Source of the DNA: Acutalibacteraceae bacterium
Lineage (GTDB): Bacteria > Bacillota > Clostridia > Oscillospirales > Acutalibacteraceae
Length of the DNA: 64,000 nt
Reading direction: 5' to 3'
Assembly: GCA_045602245.1 (NCBI GenBank)
Contig: JAZSBC010000152.1
Coordinates: forward strand, 14,503-78,502
How positions within the stretch are numbered: position 1 is the stretch's first letter; each line of letters opens with the position of its first letter. A program made the position numbers and the translations under genes. The notes beneath the pieces are model-generated. The model worked only from the letters and a program-made list of their open reading frames with translations, had not been told where the DNA came from and did not search any database. This document shows, in pieces, positions 1 through 13,000 of the stretch.

Positions 1-3000
1 TCTCACAGGCGTTGTAGCAGGCGACGGTTCAACAGTTATCAACGCTTACTATTCACGTAACAAGGTAACAGTTGATATCAACGGCGACGTTGACGAATAC
101 TTCCAGGGCGAAGAAGTTGATCTTCCCGATGCACCTGAAAAAGAAGGCGAAACCTTCGATAAGTGGGTAGACGATAAGGGCAATGAAGTTTCAGATCCTT
201 ATATCGTTCCCAATGAAGAAGATAAGAAAGTAACAGTTACTCCCGTTTACACAAAGAACACATACACAGCAACATTCATCATCAGCGCTGAAGGTGTATC
301 AAATACTTACACCACAACAGAGGCTCAGTATGAATCACCTGTAGTTGTTCCCGCAATTCCCACAGAAGCATATCTTCCCACAGGCTACACATTCGTAGGC
401 TGGGCTAAGACTGAAGGCGCAACAGAGGCTCTTGATAATCTCGGCGCTATGCCTGTTAACGGCATAACCTTCTATGCTGTTCTCGCAGGTAAAACAACAA
501 TTTCTTACAACATCGAGAAGTACTTTATGGAAACCGATGGCGTAACTTATACTCTTGACGCTGCTAAGTCAGAAACAAAGACTGACGGTACTGCAGGCGT
601 TGAAAAGACCATCACTCCCGACTCATACGAAGGCTTCACCTTCGATGCTGATAATGCAAACAATAATCTTACAGCTATGATTAAGGGTGACGGCACAACA
701 ACATTCAAGGTTTACTATGACCGTAACAAGGTTACAGTAACAATCGACGGCGAACCCGAAGAGAAGTTCTACGGCGAAGAAATCCAGACTCCCGAAAACG
801 TTCCCGAGGATGAAATTCCCGAAGGCAACAAGCAGGACGGCTGGGTAGACGGCAACGGCGATCCCATTGAATTCCCCATAACAGTTGGTACAGATCCCAT
901 CGTTATCAATCCCAACTTCGTTCCCGCTGAATTCCTTATGACATTCAAGAACGGCGACGCAACCGTTCAGAGCGGCAACCAGACATTCGGCGAGAAGCTT
1001 ACCGTTCCCGCTGACCAGGTTCTCGCAGGTCATACCTTCGACGGTTGGTTTGACGCAGCAGGCAATAAGGTAGTTGCAGGTACAACAACTGTTCCTTCGG
1101 CAGCTGCAACTTATACTGCTAAGTTCTCACCCATCAGCTACAAGGTTAGCTTTGTAGCAGAAGGTCAGACAATCCAGACAGGTGACTATGCATTCGGTAC
1201 AAAGATTTCAACAATCGTTCCCGCATACACAGCTCCTGAAGGATACACATTCTCAGGTTGGTCAACAGACGGTTCAACAGTTATCGAGTTCACAGACACC
1301 GTAACAGTTCCCGTTGACGGCGTAACATACTACGCAGTTCTTAAGGCTGAATCAGGCGTTAAGTACACAATCAAGACCTATCTCCAGAACGTTGGCGGTT
1401 CAGGTTATACACCTCAGGCTGACGAAGTTAAGTACGGAACAACAGGCGAAGAAATCAACTATGTTCCCGCAGATAAGGAAGGCTTTACTCTTGATAACGC
1501 ACAGTCAAAGCTTGTAATTGATTCACTTGCAGGCGACGGCTCATCAGTAATCAGAGTATTCTACAACCGTAACCAGGTTAATGTTACAATCGACGGCGAA
1601 GAAGATACTTACTACTACGATGACGTAATCGAGAATGAAGATCCCACTCCCGATCCCGGCTACACATTTGAAAAGTGGGTAGACGATGAAGGCAACACAG
1701 TTACATTCCCGATGAATGTTCCTGCTGAGGATATCGTTATCACTCCCGTTTATACTCCCATCAAGTACGCTGTAACATTCAACGTAAACGGTGCAGAGTA
1801 TGCAACAGGTATGTATGACTACAACTCAGATATCGAAGCTCCCGAAAAAGATCCCACTGTTGCAGGCTACACATTTGAAGGCTGGTCAACAGACGGCAAG
1901 ACTGTTCTTGATGATCTCGGCAAGGTAGCGCTTAACGGCAACACCTTCCAGGCAGTTCTCACTCCCAACGCAGGCATCAAGTATACCGTTAACAAGGTAT
2001 TCCAGAATGCTGACGGTTCAGATTGGGGAACTCCCGTAGCTGAGGAAAGAACAGGCACAGCAGGCGAAACAGTTGCTCTTGATAAGGCTGCTGAAGCTGT
2101 TGCAGGCTTCTCGGTATATCAGATTGATCCTGCTTCAACAACAATCGCAGGTGACGGCTCAACCGTTATCTACATTTACTACACAAGAAATAAGGTATCC
2201 GTAACAATCAACGGCGAAAAAGATGATTACTACTTCGAAGAAACCATCGAAGAGCCCAAGGATACCGAAAAGCCCGGCTATGACTTCAAGGGCTGGGTAG
2301 ATGACGAAGGTAACACAGTTACATTCCCCTTCACAGTTCCCTCTGATGATATCGTAATCACTCCCGTTTACGAAGCACAGACTAAGTCACTCAGCTTCGA
2401 AATCGACGGCGTAACAGTTGAAGGCTATCCCACAACTGCAAAGGTTGATTCAGATATCACAGCTCCCGCTGATCCCGAGAAGGACGGCTACTCATTCGTT
2501 GGCTGGTATGTGAAGGGTACAAGCGTTGCATTCAACGGCAAGATGCCCACAGCAGACGTTGTTTACGAAGCTAAGTGGACAGCAGGTGACAATACTCAGT
2601 ATGTCATCGAAATCTATATGATGGATACAGACGGTCAGTATTCACTCAGCACAGCTACAGTTTCCTACGGTTTAACCGGTGCAATGGCAACAATCGTTCC
2701 CAGCACAACCTCAGGCTTCACTTATGATGCAAGCCTCAGCGAACTCAACAAGGAAATCGCAGCTGACGGTTCAACAGTTCTTAAGATCTACTATGCAAGA
2801 GATCTCTACACCGTAACATGGAACGTAGACGGTCTTGAAACAGAAGATGAAGTTTACTACGGCGCAGCAATCATTGCTCCCGCAGATCCCGCTAAGGACG
2901 GCTACACATTTGCAGGTTGGGATCCCGCAGTTCCCGCAACAATGCCCGCAAACGACGTAGAGTTCACAGCAACATGGACCGAAGCAACATACACAATCAC

Positions 3001-3886
3001 TTATGTTGTTAACGGCACCAAGGAAACCGAAAACTACAAATACGGCGATACCGTAACAGTCAAGGCTGCACCTTCAGTTGAAGGTATGTCATTCAACGGC
3101 TGGTTCGACGGTAACACCGAATATGCAGCAGGTTCAACCTTCACAATGCCTGCAAAGGATCTCATCATCGTTGCTGATTTCTCAATCGCAGTTTATAAGG
3201 TAACATACCTCGATGCTAACGGCGCTGTATTTGCAACAGAAATGGTTAAGTTCGGCGATCCTATCCCCGTACCCGCAGAAGAACCCACTAAGGAATATCA
3301 CGTATTCACCGGTTGGGATATCACATACGACAAGATGCCTGCTGAAGACATCGTTGTAGCTCCCATCTTCGAGAGAGTACCCGTTAAACTTATTCCCATG
3401 GCAGGTTCAACAACAGTTATCGATACAGATAACATGGTTATTTACGGTCTCCAGGAATATCTCACCGAAAGCATCCTTCGCAACAACTACCTTGACGTTG
3501 AGGGTGACGGCTTCTTCACCATCACTCCCGTTGACGTAGGCTGCTACGGTACAGGCACAAAGGTTACTCTTTATGATAACCTTGATCCTGCAACTCCCGT
3601 TGAAACATACACAATCGTTGTATTCGGCGATATCAATGGCGACTCATTCGTTCAGGCTATCGACTGCACATACGCAGACGAAGAAAACCTTATGATCACA
3701 GACTGGTCACAGGAACAGATCTTTGACGGCTCAGCAATCGTTGCTAACCCCAACTATGATCTCTACAAGACCATGGCTGCAGATCTCAACGGTGACGGTA
3801 TCATCGACTCAACCGATGCTACAATCATCGGCGATGCTTCAATCGGCATCATCATCATCGATCAGGTAACCGGAAGAACTGCCTGA
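1..3886 (+). CDS. Giant surface repeat protein 1 (5'-truncated): InlB-B/Flg_new-like and MucBP-like repeats with C-terminal X-module and dockerin-like domain
   Basis: The frame is open from position 2 (LTGVVAGDGSTVINAYYSRN...), so the 449 start is an artefact of the window edge. About 12 repeats of P-x-K-x-GY-x-F-x-GW are interspersed with 4-5 Y-x-I-x-x-Y...GDGSTV-x-x-Y-Y-x-R modules. The C-terminus has two EF-hand-like loops, GDINGDSFVQAID and DLNGDGIIDSTD. Confidence 0.85.
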   Translation, partial: LTGVVAGDGSTVINAYYSRNKVTVDINGDVDEYFQGEEVDLPDAPEKEGETFDKWVDDKGNEVSDPYIVPNEEDKKVTVTPVYTKNTYTATFIISAEGVSNTYTTTEAQYESPVVVPAIPTEAYLPTGYTFVGWAKTEGATEALDNLGAMPVNGITFYAVLAGKTTISYNIEKYFMETDGVTYTLDAAKSETKTDGTAGVEKTITPDSYEGFTFDADNANNNLTAMIKGDGTTTFKVYYDRNKVTVTIDGEPEEKFYGEEIQTPENVPEDEIPEGNKQDGWVDGNGDPIEFPITVGTDPIVINPNFVPAEFLMTFKNGDATVQSGNQTFGEKLTVPADQVLAGHTFDGWFDAAGNKVVAGTTTVPSAAATYTAKFSPISYKVSFVAEGQTIQTGDYAFGTKISTIVPAYTAPEGYTFSGWSTDGSTVIEFTDTVTVPVDGVTYYAVLKAESGVKYTIKTYLQNVGGSGYTPQADEVKYGTTGEEINYVPADKEGFTLDNAQSKLVIDSLAGDGSSVIRVFYNRNQVNVTIDGEEDTYYYDDVIENEDPTPDPGYTFEKWVDDEGNTVTFPMNVPAEDIVITPVYTPIKYAVTFNVNGAEYATGMYDYNSDIEAPEKDPTVAGYTFEGWSTDGKTVLDDLGKVALNGNTFQAVLTPNAGIKYTVNKVFQNADGSDWGTPVAEERTGTAGETVALDKAAEAVAGFSVYQIDPASTTIAGDGSTVIYIYYTRNKVSVTINGEKDDYYFEETIEEPKDTEKPGYDFKGWVDDEGNTVTFPFTVPSDDIVITPVYEAQTKSLSFEIDGVTVEGYPTTAKVDSDITAPADPEKDGYSFVGWYVKGTSVAFNGKMPTADVVYEAKWTAGDNTQYVIEIYMMDTDGQYSLSTATVSYGLTGAMATIVPSTTSGFTYDASLSELNKEIAADGSTVLKIYYARDLYTVTWNVDGLETEDEVYYGAAIIAPADPAKDGYTFAGWDPAVPATMPANDVEFTATWTEATYTITYVVNGTKETENYKYGDTVTVKAAPSVEGMSFNGWFDGNTEYAAGSTFTMPAKDLIIVADFSIAVYKVTYLDANGAVFATEMVKFGDPIPVPAEEPTKEYHVFTGWDITYDKMPAEDIVVAPIFERVPVKLIPMAGSTTVIDTDNMVIYGLQEYLTESILRNNYLDVEGDGFFTITPVDVGCYGTGTKVTLYDNLDPATPVETYTIVVFGDINGDSFVQAIDCTYADEENLMITDWSQEQIFDGSAIVANPNYDLYKTMAADLNGDGIIDSTDATIIGDASIGIIIIDQVTGRTA

Positions 3887-3910
3887 TTAAAGCAAACCTA
3901 ACCTAAAATG

Positions 3911-3944
3911 ATTGCGCGGGGGAGTAATCCTCCTCCCGCGCAAT
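3911..3944 (+). other. GC-rich intergenic stem-loop without a U-tract (possible mRNA-stabilising or processing hairpin)
   Basis: ATTGCGCGGG...CCCGCGCAAT forms a perfect 10-bp outer stem, followed by AAGAGA rather than poly-T. Confidence 0.6.
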
Positions 3945-4045
3945 AAGAGATTAAAACTCGCTTATTAACCGGAGCTGATTTTTGGCTAAGCTCCACGAAT
4001 CCTGTTGTGTGCAAAGCAGGATAAAAGACAAGGAGGAATTCTCTA

Positions 4046-7000
4046 ATGAAAACAATGAAAAGGTTAGTTGCCATTGCTTTAGCAGTTTTGATGCTTTTCG
4101 GTTCCGTTTCAGTAGCTGCATCTGCATGGGATGCAAACGTTGACGACGGAAAAACATTAAGTATTACAACAAAGATTTTCAGACTCGTAAACGGCGAGTG
4201 GACCGAGACTGAAAAAGTTAAGCAGGGCGAAGAAGTCAGAGCCAGAATATATCTGAATACTGATTACTACACTAACTCAGGTAACCTCTTGTTCTTCTAT
4301 AATAATGATTTCTTTACCGATTCGTTCGGAACAACAACCGAAACTCTTACCGTTAATCCTTATTACGCAGCTCGTCCTTACGGAATAACAGGTACGTTTG
4401 TCGGTTCGAAATCATCGTCAACAGTTGAACAGTTTATGGTAGGCAACGGTAAGATTACTGCCGATTTTGCCTCCAAGCATGATTTTGCTTACATCGCTTA
4501 TGAATTTTACGGCGGTGCAACAAACCAGAAGCTCAGTGATTCTCAGTGGCTTTTCGAAATACCTCTTACTGTTAAGACTGACGCAGCATCAGGCACAGGC
4601 ATAGGTGATTTCTTTGCAGTTGAAGAAACAACCCGTTCTTCATCGTTCAAGCTGGGCCGTATCAACGTTCCCAAGGGACCTTATGACGGCAAGAACGCAA
4701 CAATCACCAGCATGGCTAACTGGGATGCTACTCTTGATTACGAAAGCCAGCCCGTAACTCTTTATCAGAACCTTGTTTCAGCATCGTTTGACGCAGGTCT
4801 TGGTGAGTTCGCAAATGCAAAAACAACGTACTACGTTGAAGGTGACGCAGGCGACGCAATTACGGTTGAAGAACCCAAGCGCACAAACTTCAAGTTTGCA
4901 GGCTGGAAAGTAAAGGGTACAGACGACAGCACAGCAGCTGACGTAACAGTATTCCCCTCAGCATCAACAGAATATGAAGCTGTATGGGAATCAACAACAG
5001 GTTCAGACGAAACCCTTACGTTTATCACAAAGATTTACAGACAGGATTCTGAAACAGGTGAATGGATTTATACAGACAGAGTTAAGCCCGGCGAAAAAGT
5101 CAGAGCAAGACTCTTTATGGATACCTCATATTTTACTAACTCAGGTAACATAATTCTCTTCTATGATAACGATTTCTTCGAAGATGATTACGAGTATAAT
5201 CTCAAAGAAGAGCTTGTGCCCAACACAGACCCCGCAAGCTCAGCATATCTCAACGGTGTGCACGGTGAATTCGTTAAGCTTGAAAGCACAAACGCAACTG
5301 TAAAGAAGCTCGTTACAAACGGCTATATTACTCAGGACGATGTTGATTCAAGCGAGATTATTACCGTAAGATACGAATTCAATCCTACAACCAGCAAGAA
5401 GGTAAGCGGTGACCAGTGGTTCATCGAATTCGAGCTTGACGTTAAGGATACTGCAAGCGGCGAAGGTGAATTCTATATCATAGATAAGACCATCAAGAAT
5501 CCCAACGAAGGCGTATTCGCTTATATCAACATTCCTCTCGGCGAAGAAGGCGGAGCAAAAGAAGATACAAAGAGTATGCATCTTTGGGAAGTAAACGCTT
5601 CAGTTAAGAGCTACCCCGTAACCATCAACAGCACGGTTACTCTTCAGGCAAACGGCGGTGAATTCGCAGCTGCAGACGCTAACAATTATGTGATTGAAGG
5701 CGTTATCGGCGATGCGATTGACTATGCAAGCGTTCCTGAACTCACAAGAGACGGCTATACATTCAAGGGTTGGGTTCCTGCAGACGTTGCAGATCCCACA
5801 GAGGCTGATATAGTTTCTCTTCCCACAGAAATTCCTTATGACGATGAAGCTTATAAGGCTTTCTGGACAGACGATGTTGAAATTACGTTCGTTCTCAACA
5901 ACAACGAATCCAACATTAACAAGACAGTAACGGCAGGCGCTCCCTTCGAGGCTCCCGCAGATCCTTCATTTGAAGGCCATCTGTTCATCGGCTGGACAAC
6001 AGATCCCACCTGCGCTAAGGTTACAGGTCTTCCCGATAATTATCCCACAGAGGATTCAACATACTACGCAGTATTTGATTCAATGACCTATAACGTTTAC
6101 TACTACGTTCTTAATGATGAAACCATGAAGTTCGAAAAGGTAACAACAGGTCACGTAACATACGGTGACGTTATTTCAACCGTTCCTGCATCATATGTTG
6201 TTCCCGAAGGATATACACTTTCAGCTCCCTACACAGACGTTTCATTTGAAAACGAATTTGTTGCAGGCACAACAATGCCCGCAGCTGAAGTAAACCTCTA
6301 TTACTACCTCACAGCAGGCACTTATGACGCAGTATTCATGGTAGACGGAACAGAATACGCAAGAATTCCCACCGTTTACGATGCACTCGTTGAAGCTCCT
6401 GAAGATCCCGAAAAAGAAGGCTACGTCTTCACAGGTTGGGATCCCTTCGTAGGTACAATGGATGAAGAAGGCAAAACATACGTTGCAACCTGGGAAGCTG
6501 CCGAATACACCGTAACATGGATTGTTGACGGCAACGTTCAGGACGCATTCGATGTTGCTTACGGTCAGGATGTTGAAGTTACTGCTGATCCCGTTAAGGA
6601 AGGCTATGAATTCCTTGGCTGGTCAGAAGATGAAAACGCAACAGCAGCAGGCACAGTTCTTGAAACAATGCCCGCAAACGACCTCACATACTACGCAGTA
6701 TTCAAGATCAATCAGTACACAATCTCCTTCAGTGAAACAGGCGATTCAACAATAGACGATATCACTCAGGATTACGGTACAGAAATCGTTGCTCCCGCAG
6801 ATCCCGTTAAGGAAGGCTATACCTTCACAGGCTGGGTAGACGCAGACGGCAACAAGGCTGAAGTTCCCGCAACAATGCCTGCAGAAGACGTTGCTCTCAA
6901 GGCTACGTGGGAAATCAACAGCTACACAGTAACATGGGTTCTCGATAACGGTGAAAAAGATATCGTTGATACCTATGAATACAACGCAGCAATCACTGCT

Positions 7001-10000
7001 CCTGCAGCTCCCGTTAAGGAAGGCTACACCTTCAAGGAATGGTCACCTGCAGTTGAAGCAAATATGCCCGCAATGAACCTTACCTACACAGCTGTATACG
7101 ATGTAAACAGCTACGATGCAATCTTTGATGCAAACGGCGGTAAGTGGGCAGATGATTCAGTATCCAATACAGTAACAACAGAATTCGGTGCACAGATCGT
7201 TGCTCCCGAAGATCCCACAAGAACCGGCTATGTATTTGCAGGCTGGGATGAAGAAGTTGGTGCAATGCCCGTTGACGGCATAACCTTCACAGCAGAATGG
7301 GATGAAGCAACAAACACTCCCTACACCGTTAAGTACTACACAATGGATACAGCCGGTAACTACGACCTCGCTAACCCCGTGGTTGATAACAGAACCGGTA
7401 CAACAAACGCAGAAGTAACAGCAGTTACCAACACAACTGAAGGCTTCTTCGTTGACGAAGCTAAGTCAACTCTTAAGAGCACTATTGCAGCCGATGGCTC
7501 AACTGTTCTTGAAGTTTACTACGCAAGAGAACTCTACACAGTAACGTTTGATGCAAACGAAGGCGTTCTCACAGGTAATGCAACAGCTGATTACTACTAC
7601 GGTGCAACCGTAGCAGTTCCCACAGCTGAAAGAGAAGGCTATGAATTTGCAGGTTGGGATAAGAACGTTTCAACCGTAGCAGTTGCTGATGCAGACTACG
7701 TTGCACAGTGGGATGAAAAGCAGTACACCATCGTATTTGATGCAGACGGCGGTACAGCTATTGACTCCGTAACCGCAGATTACCTTTCAGACGTTAACGC
7801 TCCCGCAGCAGTAACAACCAAGGAAGGCTACACGTTCGGCGGTTGGGCAGAAACACAGGGCGAAACAGACGCAGCTAAGGCTGTAACCTTCCCCGTTAAG
7901 ATGCCTCTCGACGGCGACACCTACTACGCAATCTGGACTCCCAACAAGTACACAATCACATTCGCTGAAACAGGCGACAGTGTGATTGCTCCCATCACTC
8001 AGGATTATAAGACTGATATCACAAAGCCCGCTGATCCCGTTAAGGAAGGCTATACCTTCGACGGCTGGGATGTAACAATTCCCGATACAATGCCTGCAGA
8101 AGATATGACCATCACCGCTCAGTGGAAAGTTAACAGCTACGACATCACATGGGATGTTGACGGCGTTGACACAACCGAAAACGTTGAATTCGGTTCAGAA
8201 CTCGTTGCTCCTGCAGATCCCGAGAAGCCCGGTTACACCTTCACAGGTTGGGAAGATGCCGATGGCAAGACTCCCGATGATTATGTAACAGTTCCTTCAA
8301 AGGACGTTGAATTCTCAGCTCAGTGGGATGCAAACGAATACACAATCAGCTTCGCTGAAACAGGCGAAACAGTTATCGATCCCATCACTCAGGATTGCGA
8401 CACAGCTATCACAACAGCTGTTCCCACTCCCGTTAAGACAGGTTATACCTTCGCGGGTTGGGTAGACGAAGACGGCAACCCCGCAACAGTTCCCGCAACA
8501 ATGCCTGCAGGCGATATGACTCTTACCGCAACTTGGGATCCCAATGCTGATACTCCCTTCAAGGTAGTTATCAACTACGTTGATTTTGCAACAAACGCAG
8601 ATTCAACAGAAGAATATGATTTCACAGGCACAACCGATAACGCTATCGAAATCGTTGAAGCAATTCCCGGTGAACCCGCAGATAAGACAGAATATCTTGA
8701 ACTCGGCAACTTCACTCTTGCTAACTACGAACTCGATACAGAAGCTGCAAACGAATTCACAGGCGTTGTAGCAGCAGACGGTTCAACTGTACTTAATCTC
8801 TACTTCGTTCCCGTTAAGCGTACAGCAACGTTTGACGCTAACGGCGGCGCATGGGATGACGGCGAAATCACAAAGGCAGTAGAAGTAAGCCACGGCTCAC
8901 TTGTTAAGCCCGCAGCTCCCGCTGATCCCACAAGAGAAGGCTACACCTTCAACGGCTGGAACGGTCTCAATGATAACACAAAGCTTACTCAGAACAGAAC
9001 CTTCACAGCAGCTTGGGTAGCTAACGAATACACCATCACTTATGATATTGACGGTGTAACATCAACCGAAACTTACGAGTACAACGCACTTATCAATAAG
9101 CCCGTTGATCCCGCTAAGGAAGGTTACAGCTTCGCAGGTTGGGAACCCGTAATTCCCGATAATATGCCTGCAGAAGATATCACAGTTACAGCAACGTGGT
9201 CTGTTAACAGCTATGACGTAACGTGGAATGTTGACGGTACCGAAACAACTGAAAGCGTTGAATACGGCGCAGCAGTTGAAACTCCTGCTGATCCTGCTAA
9301 GGAAGGCTACACCTTCGCAGGCTGGAAAGATGCAGAAGGCAACGGCGTTCCCGCAACAATGCCTGCAACAGATAAGACCTTCACTGCACAGTGGGCAGTG
9401 AATGCTTACACAGTAAGCTACTACGTATACGAGCCTGCAACAGGCAAGTTCACAGCAGCAGGTACAGAAACAGTTGAATACGGCACTGCAATTCCTGCAA
9501 CCGTTCCTGCAACTTACGTTGTTCCCACAGGCTATTCACTCAACGCAACAGCTTACACAGACGTAGCTCTTTCAACAGCTCTTGCAGCCGGCGCAACAAT
9601 GCCTGCTGAAAACGTAGCTCTTTACTATGAGCTTACAGCTAACAAATATGACGCAGTATTCATGGTAGACGGTGAGGAACACGCAACCGTTGAAACTGAA
9701 TTCGGCGCACAGATCGCTGCTCCTGCTGATCCTACTATGGACGGCTACACCTTCACAGGTTGGTCACCCGAAGTAGGCAAGATGGACGAAGAAGGCAAGA
9801 CCTTCGTAGCTCAGTGGGAAGAAAAGACCTACAATGCTAACTTCAAGGCAAACGGCGGTCTCTTCGCAGACGGCGAAACAACAACAGTTGTTCCCACCAA
9901 GTTCGGCGCAGCTATCGTTGCTCCCGCAGCTCCCACAAGAGACGGTTACACCTTCGCAGGTTGGGATACAGTTCCTGCAACAATGCCTGCTGACGATGTA

Positions 10001-13000
10001 ACAATCGTTGCTAAGTGGACTGTAAACGAGTACACAATCACCTTCGCTGATACAGGCGATACAACAATCGCTCCCATCAAGCAGGCTTACGGAACTCCCG
10101 TAACAGCTCCTGCAGCTCCCACTAAGACCGGTTACACCTTCGCAGGCTGGGATGCAATGCCCTCAACAATGCCCGCTAAGGATACAACCGTTACAGCTAA
10201 GTGGACAAAGAACAACTACACCGTAACGTGGAATGTTGACGGAGTTAAGAATACCGAAGTTTACGAATACGGCGCAGCAATCGTTAAGCCCGCAGATCCC
10301 GCCAAGGAAGGCCACACCTTCAAGGCATGGACACCTGCAGTTGACGCAACAATGCCCGCATACAACGTTGAATATACTGCAACTTGGAATGTTGTAAGCT
10401 ATAAGGCAACGTTTGACGCAAACGGCGGTACGTATGCTGACGGCACAACAAGCAAGGAAGCAACCTTCGCTTACGGTGCAGCAGTTACAGCTCCCGAAAT
10501 TCCCACTCAGACCGGTTACAGCTTCGCAGGTTGGGAACCCGTTCTCTCAACAATGCCTGCAGCTGACACAACCTATAAGGCTGTTTGGTCAATAGGTGAA
10601 GAGAAGGCTTACACAATCGAAGTTTACTCAATGGATACCGCAGGCAACTACGGCGCTCCCGCAGTTGAAACAAAGACTGCAGCAGTAGGCGAGGTTGTTA
10701 AGGCAACTCCCACTCCCACAGAAGGCTTCTATCTTGATACAACAGCAGCTAACGTTCTTGAAGACGTAATCAAGGCTGATTCGGCTACAGTTCTCAAGAT
10801 TTACTATGCACGTAACGAGTACACAATTACCTTCAACGGTAACGGCGGTACAGTTGACGGCGAAGTAACAACAACAGATAAGTACTACCACGGTGCAACA
10901 GTTGTTGAACCTCTCACAGAGAGAGAAGGCTATACTCTTAAGGGTTGGAGCCCTGCACTTTCAATCGTAGCAGTTGCAGATGCAACATACGATGCACAGT
11001 GGGAAATCAATGAGTACACCATCAGCTTCGATACTGACGGCGGCTCACTCATCCTTCCCATCACTCAGGACTTCGGCACAGATATCACTGCTCCTGCTGT
11101 TCCCACCAAGGAAGGCTATGTATTTGAAGGCTGGGTAGATGCTGACGGTAACGATGCATCTGTTCCTGCAACAATGCCTGCAGAAGACGTAGCTCTCAAG
11201 GCAGTATGGGCTAAGGATAAGTTCACCGTAACGTTCTATGAAACAGAAGAAGACGGTGCAGCTGTTCTCCAGCAGACAGAAAACGAATATCAGCTCAATA
11301 TCGTTCCTCCCGTTGCAACCAGAACAGGCTATGATTTCGCAGGTTGGGTTGATAAGGACGGCAACGCAGTAGATTTCGATAACACAACAGTTATCACTCC
11401 TGCACACGATGTTGACTACTTTGCAACATGGAACGTTAAGTCATATGCACTTAACTACCAGGCAAACGGCGGTCAGTTTGACGACGGCACAAACCGTAAG
11501 TCATACAACGTTGCATTCGGCACTGCAAGTGACGAAATGGATGTTCCTGCAGATCCTACCAGAGATGGTTATACCTTCACAGGTTGGAACATTGATCTTC
11601 CCGCAACAATGCCTGCAACTCCCGTAAACAGAGTTGCTCAGTGGCAGATCAACACATACAACGCAGTATTCTATAAAGAAACAACCGATACAGATGCATA
11701 TGATACCGTTCCCGTTGTATTCGAAGAAGCTATCACAGCTCCTGATGAGAATCCCACAAAGACCGGTTATGTATTTGAAGGCTGGTCAACAGACGGCGAG
11801 ACCGTAGTTGATGACCTTGGCTATATCGGTGCAGAAGACGTAGCGTTCTACGCAGTATGGTCAGAAGCAACAGATACCGCTTACACTGTTGAGCATTACT
11901 ACATGGGCGTTGATATGACCTATGCAGATGCAGCAGACAGAACAGACAGCTTCACAGGCACAACAAACGCAACAGTAACCGCAACTCCCGATGCAGCAGA
12001 TAACTTCACAGTTGATACTGCTATGTCAGTTCTTGAAGGTACTGTAGCAGCTGACGGTTCACTCGTTCTCAAGGTTTACTACGAGCGTGAAATCAACACG
12101 TTGAAGGTTGAAATCGACGGCGTTGCAACTGAAACCGAGTATCCGTTCGAAGCTCCCGTTGCTCCTATCGAAGAACCCACCAAGGAAGGCTATACCTTCG
12201 ATAAGTGGGTAGACGAAAACGGCAACGAAGTAACTCCTCCCGCAACAATGCCTGAGGATGACGTAACAATCAAGGCTACATGGACTGTAAACGTTCATAA
12301 CGTAACCTATAACGCTGACGGTGCTGTTTATGACGGTCCCACAGCAACTGATTTCGGCGCAGCAATCGCTGTTCCTGCAGATCCCACAAAGGACGGCTAC
12401 ACCTTCGCAGGTTGGTTCGATGCAGACGGCAAGCAGCCCGCAGACTACACATCAATGCCCGATAACGATCTCGTATTTGATGCAAAATGGGATGCAAACG
12501 GCAACGTAAGCTACATCCTTGAAGTTTACGAAATGAAGGTTGACGGCACTTATGCTGATGCAGCAACAGAAACCATCACATATAACGATGGCGTTGTTGA
12601 TACAGTCAAGACCGTTGATTATGCAGTTCCCGAAGGCTTCACTCTTGATGATGCAGCAAGCGTTCTTACAGGCACAGTTCCCACCACAGGAACTCTTGTT
12701 CTTAAGGCTTACCTCATCAGAAATCAGTATAAACTCAACGTTGACGTTGACGGCGTTGTTGACACAACAGTTTACTACTACAACCAGAAGGTGAATGCAG
12801 TTGCAGATCCCGTTAAGGAAGGCTATGTATTCGCAGGTTGGGCAGATGCAAACGGCGACGCAGTTGAAATTCCCGTTGTAATGCCCGCAAACGATGTAAC
12901 AGTTTATGCTACATGGGACGAAGACAGCTTCACAGCATCATTCGATGCAGGCGAAGGTATCTTCACTACAACAGGCGAAAATGTTGAAGAAATAGAGGTA

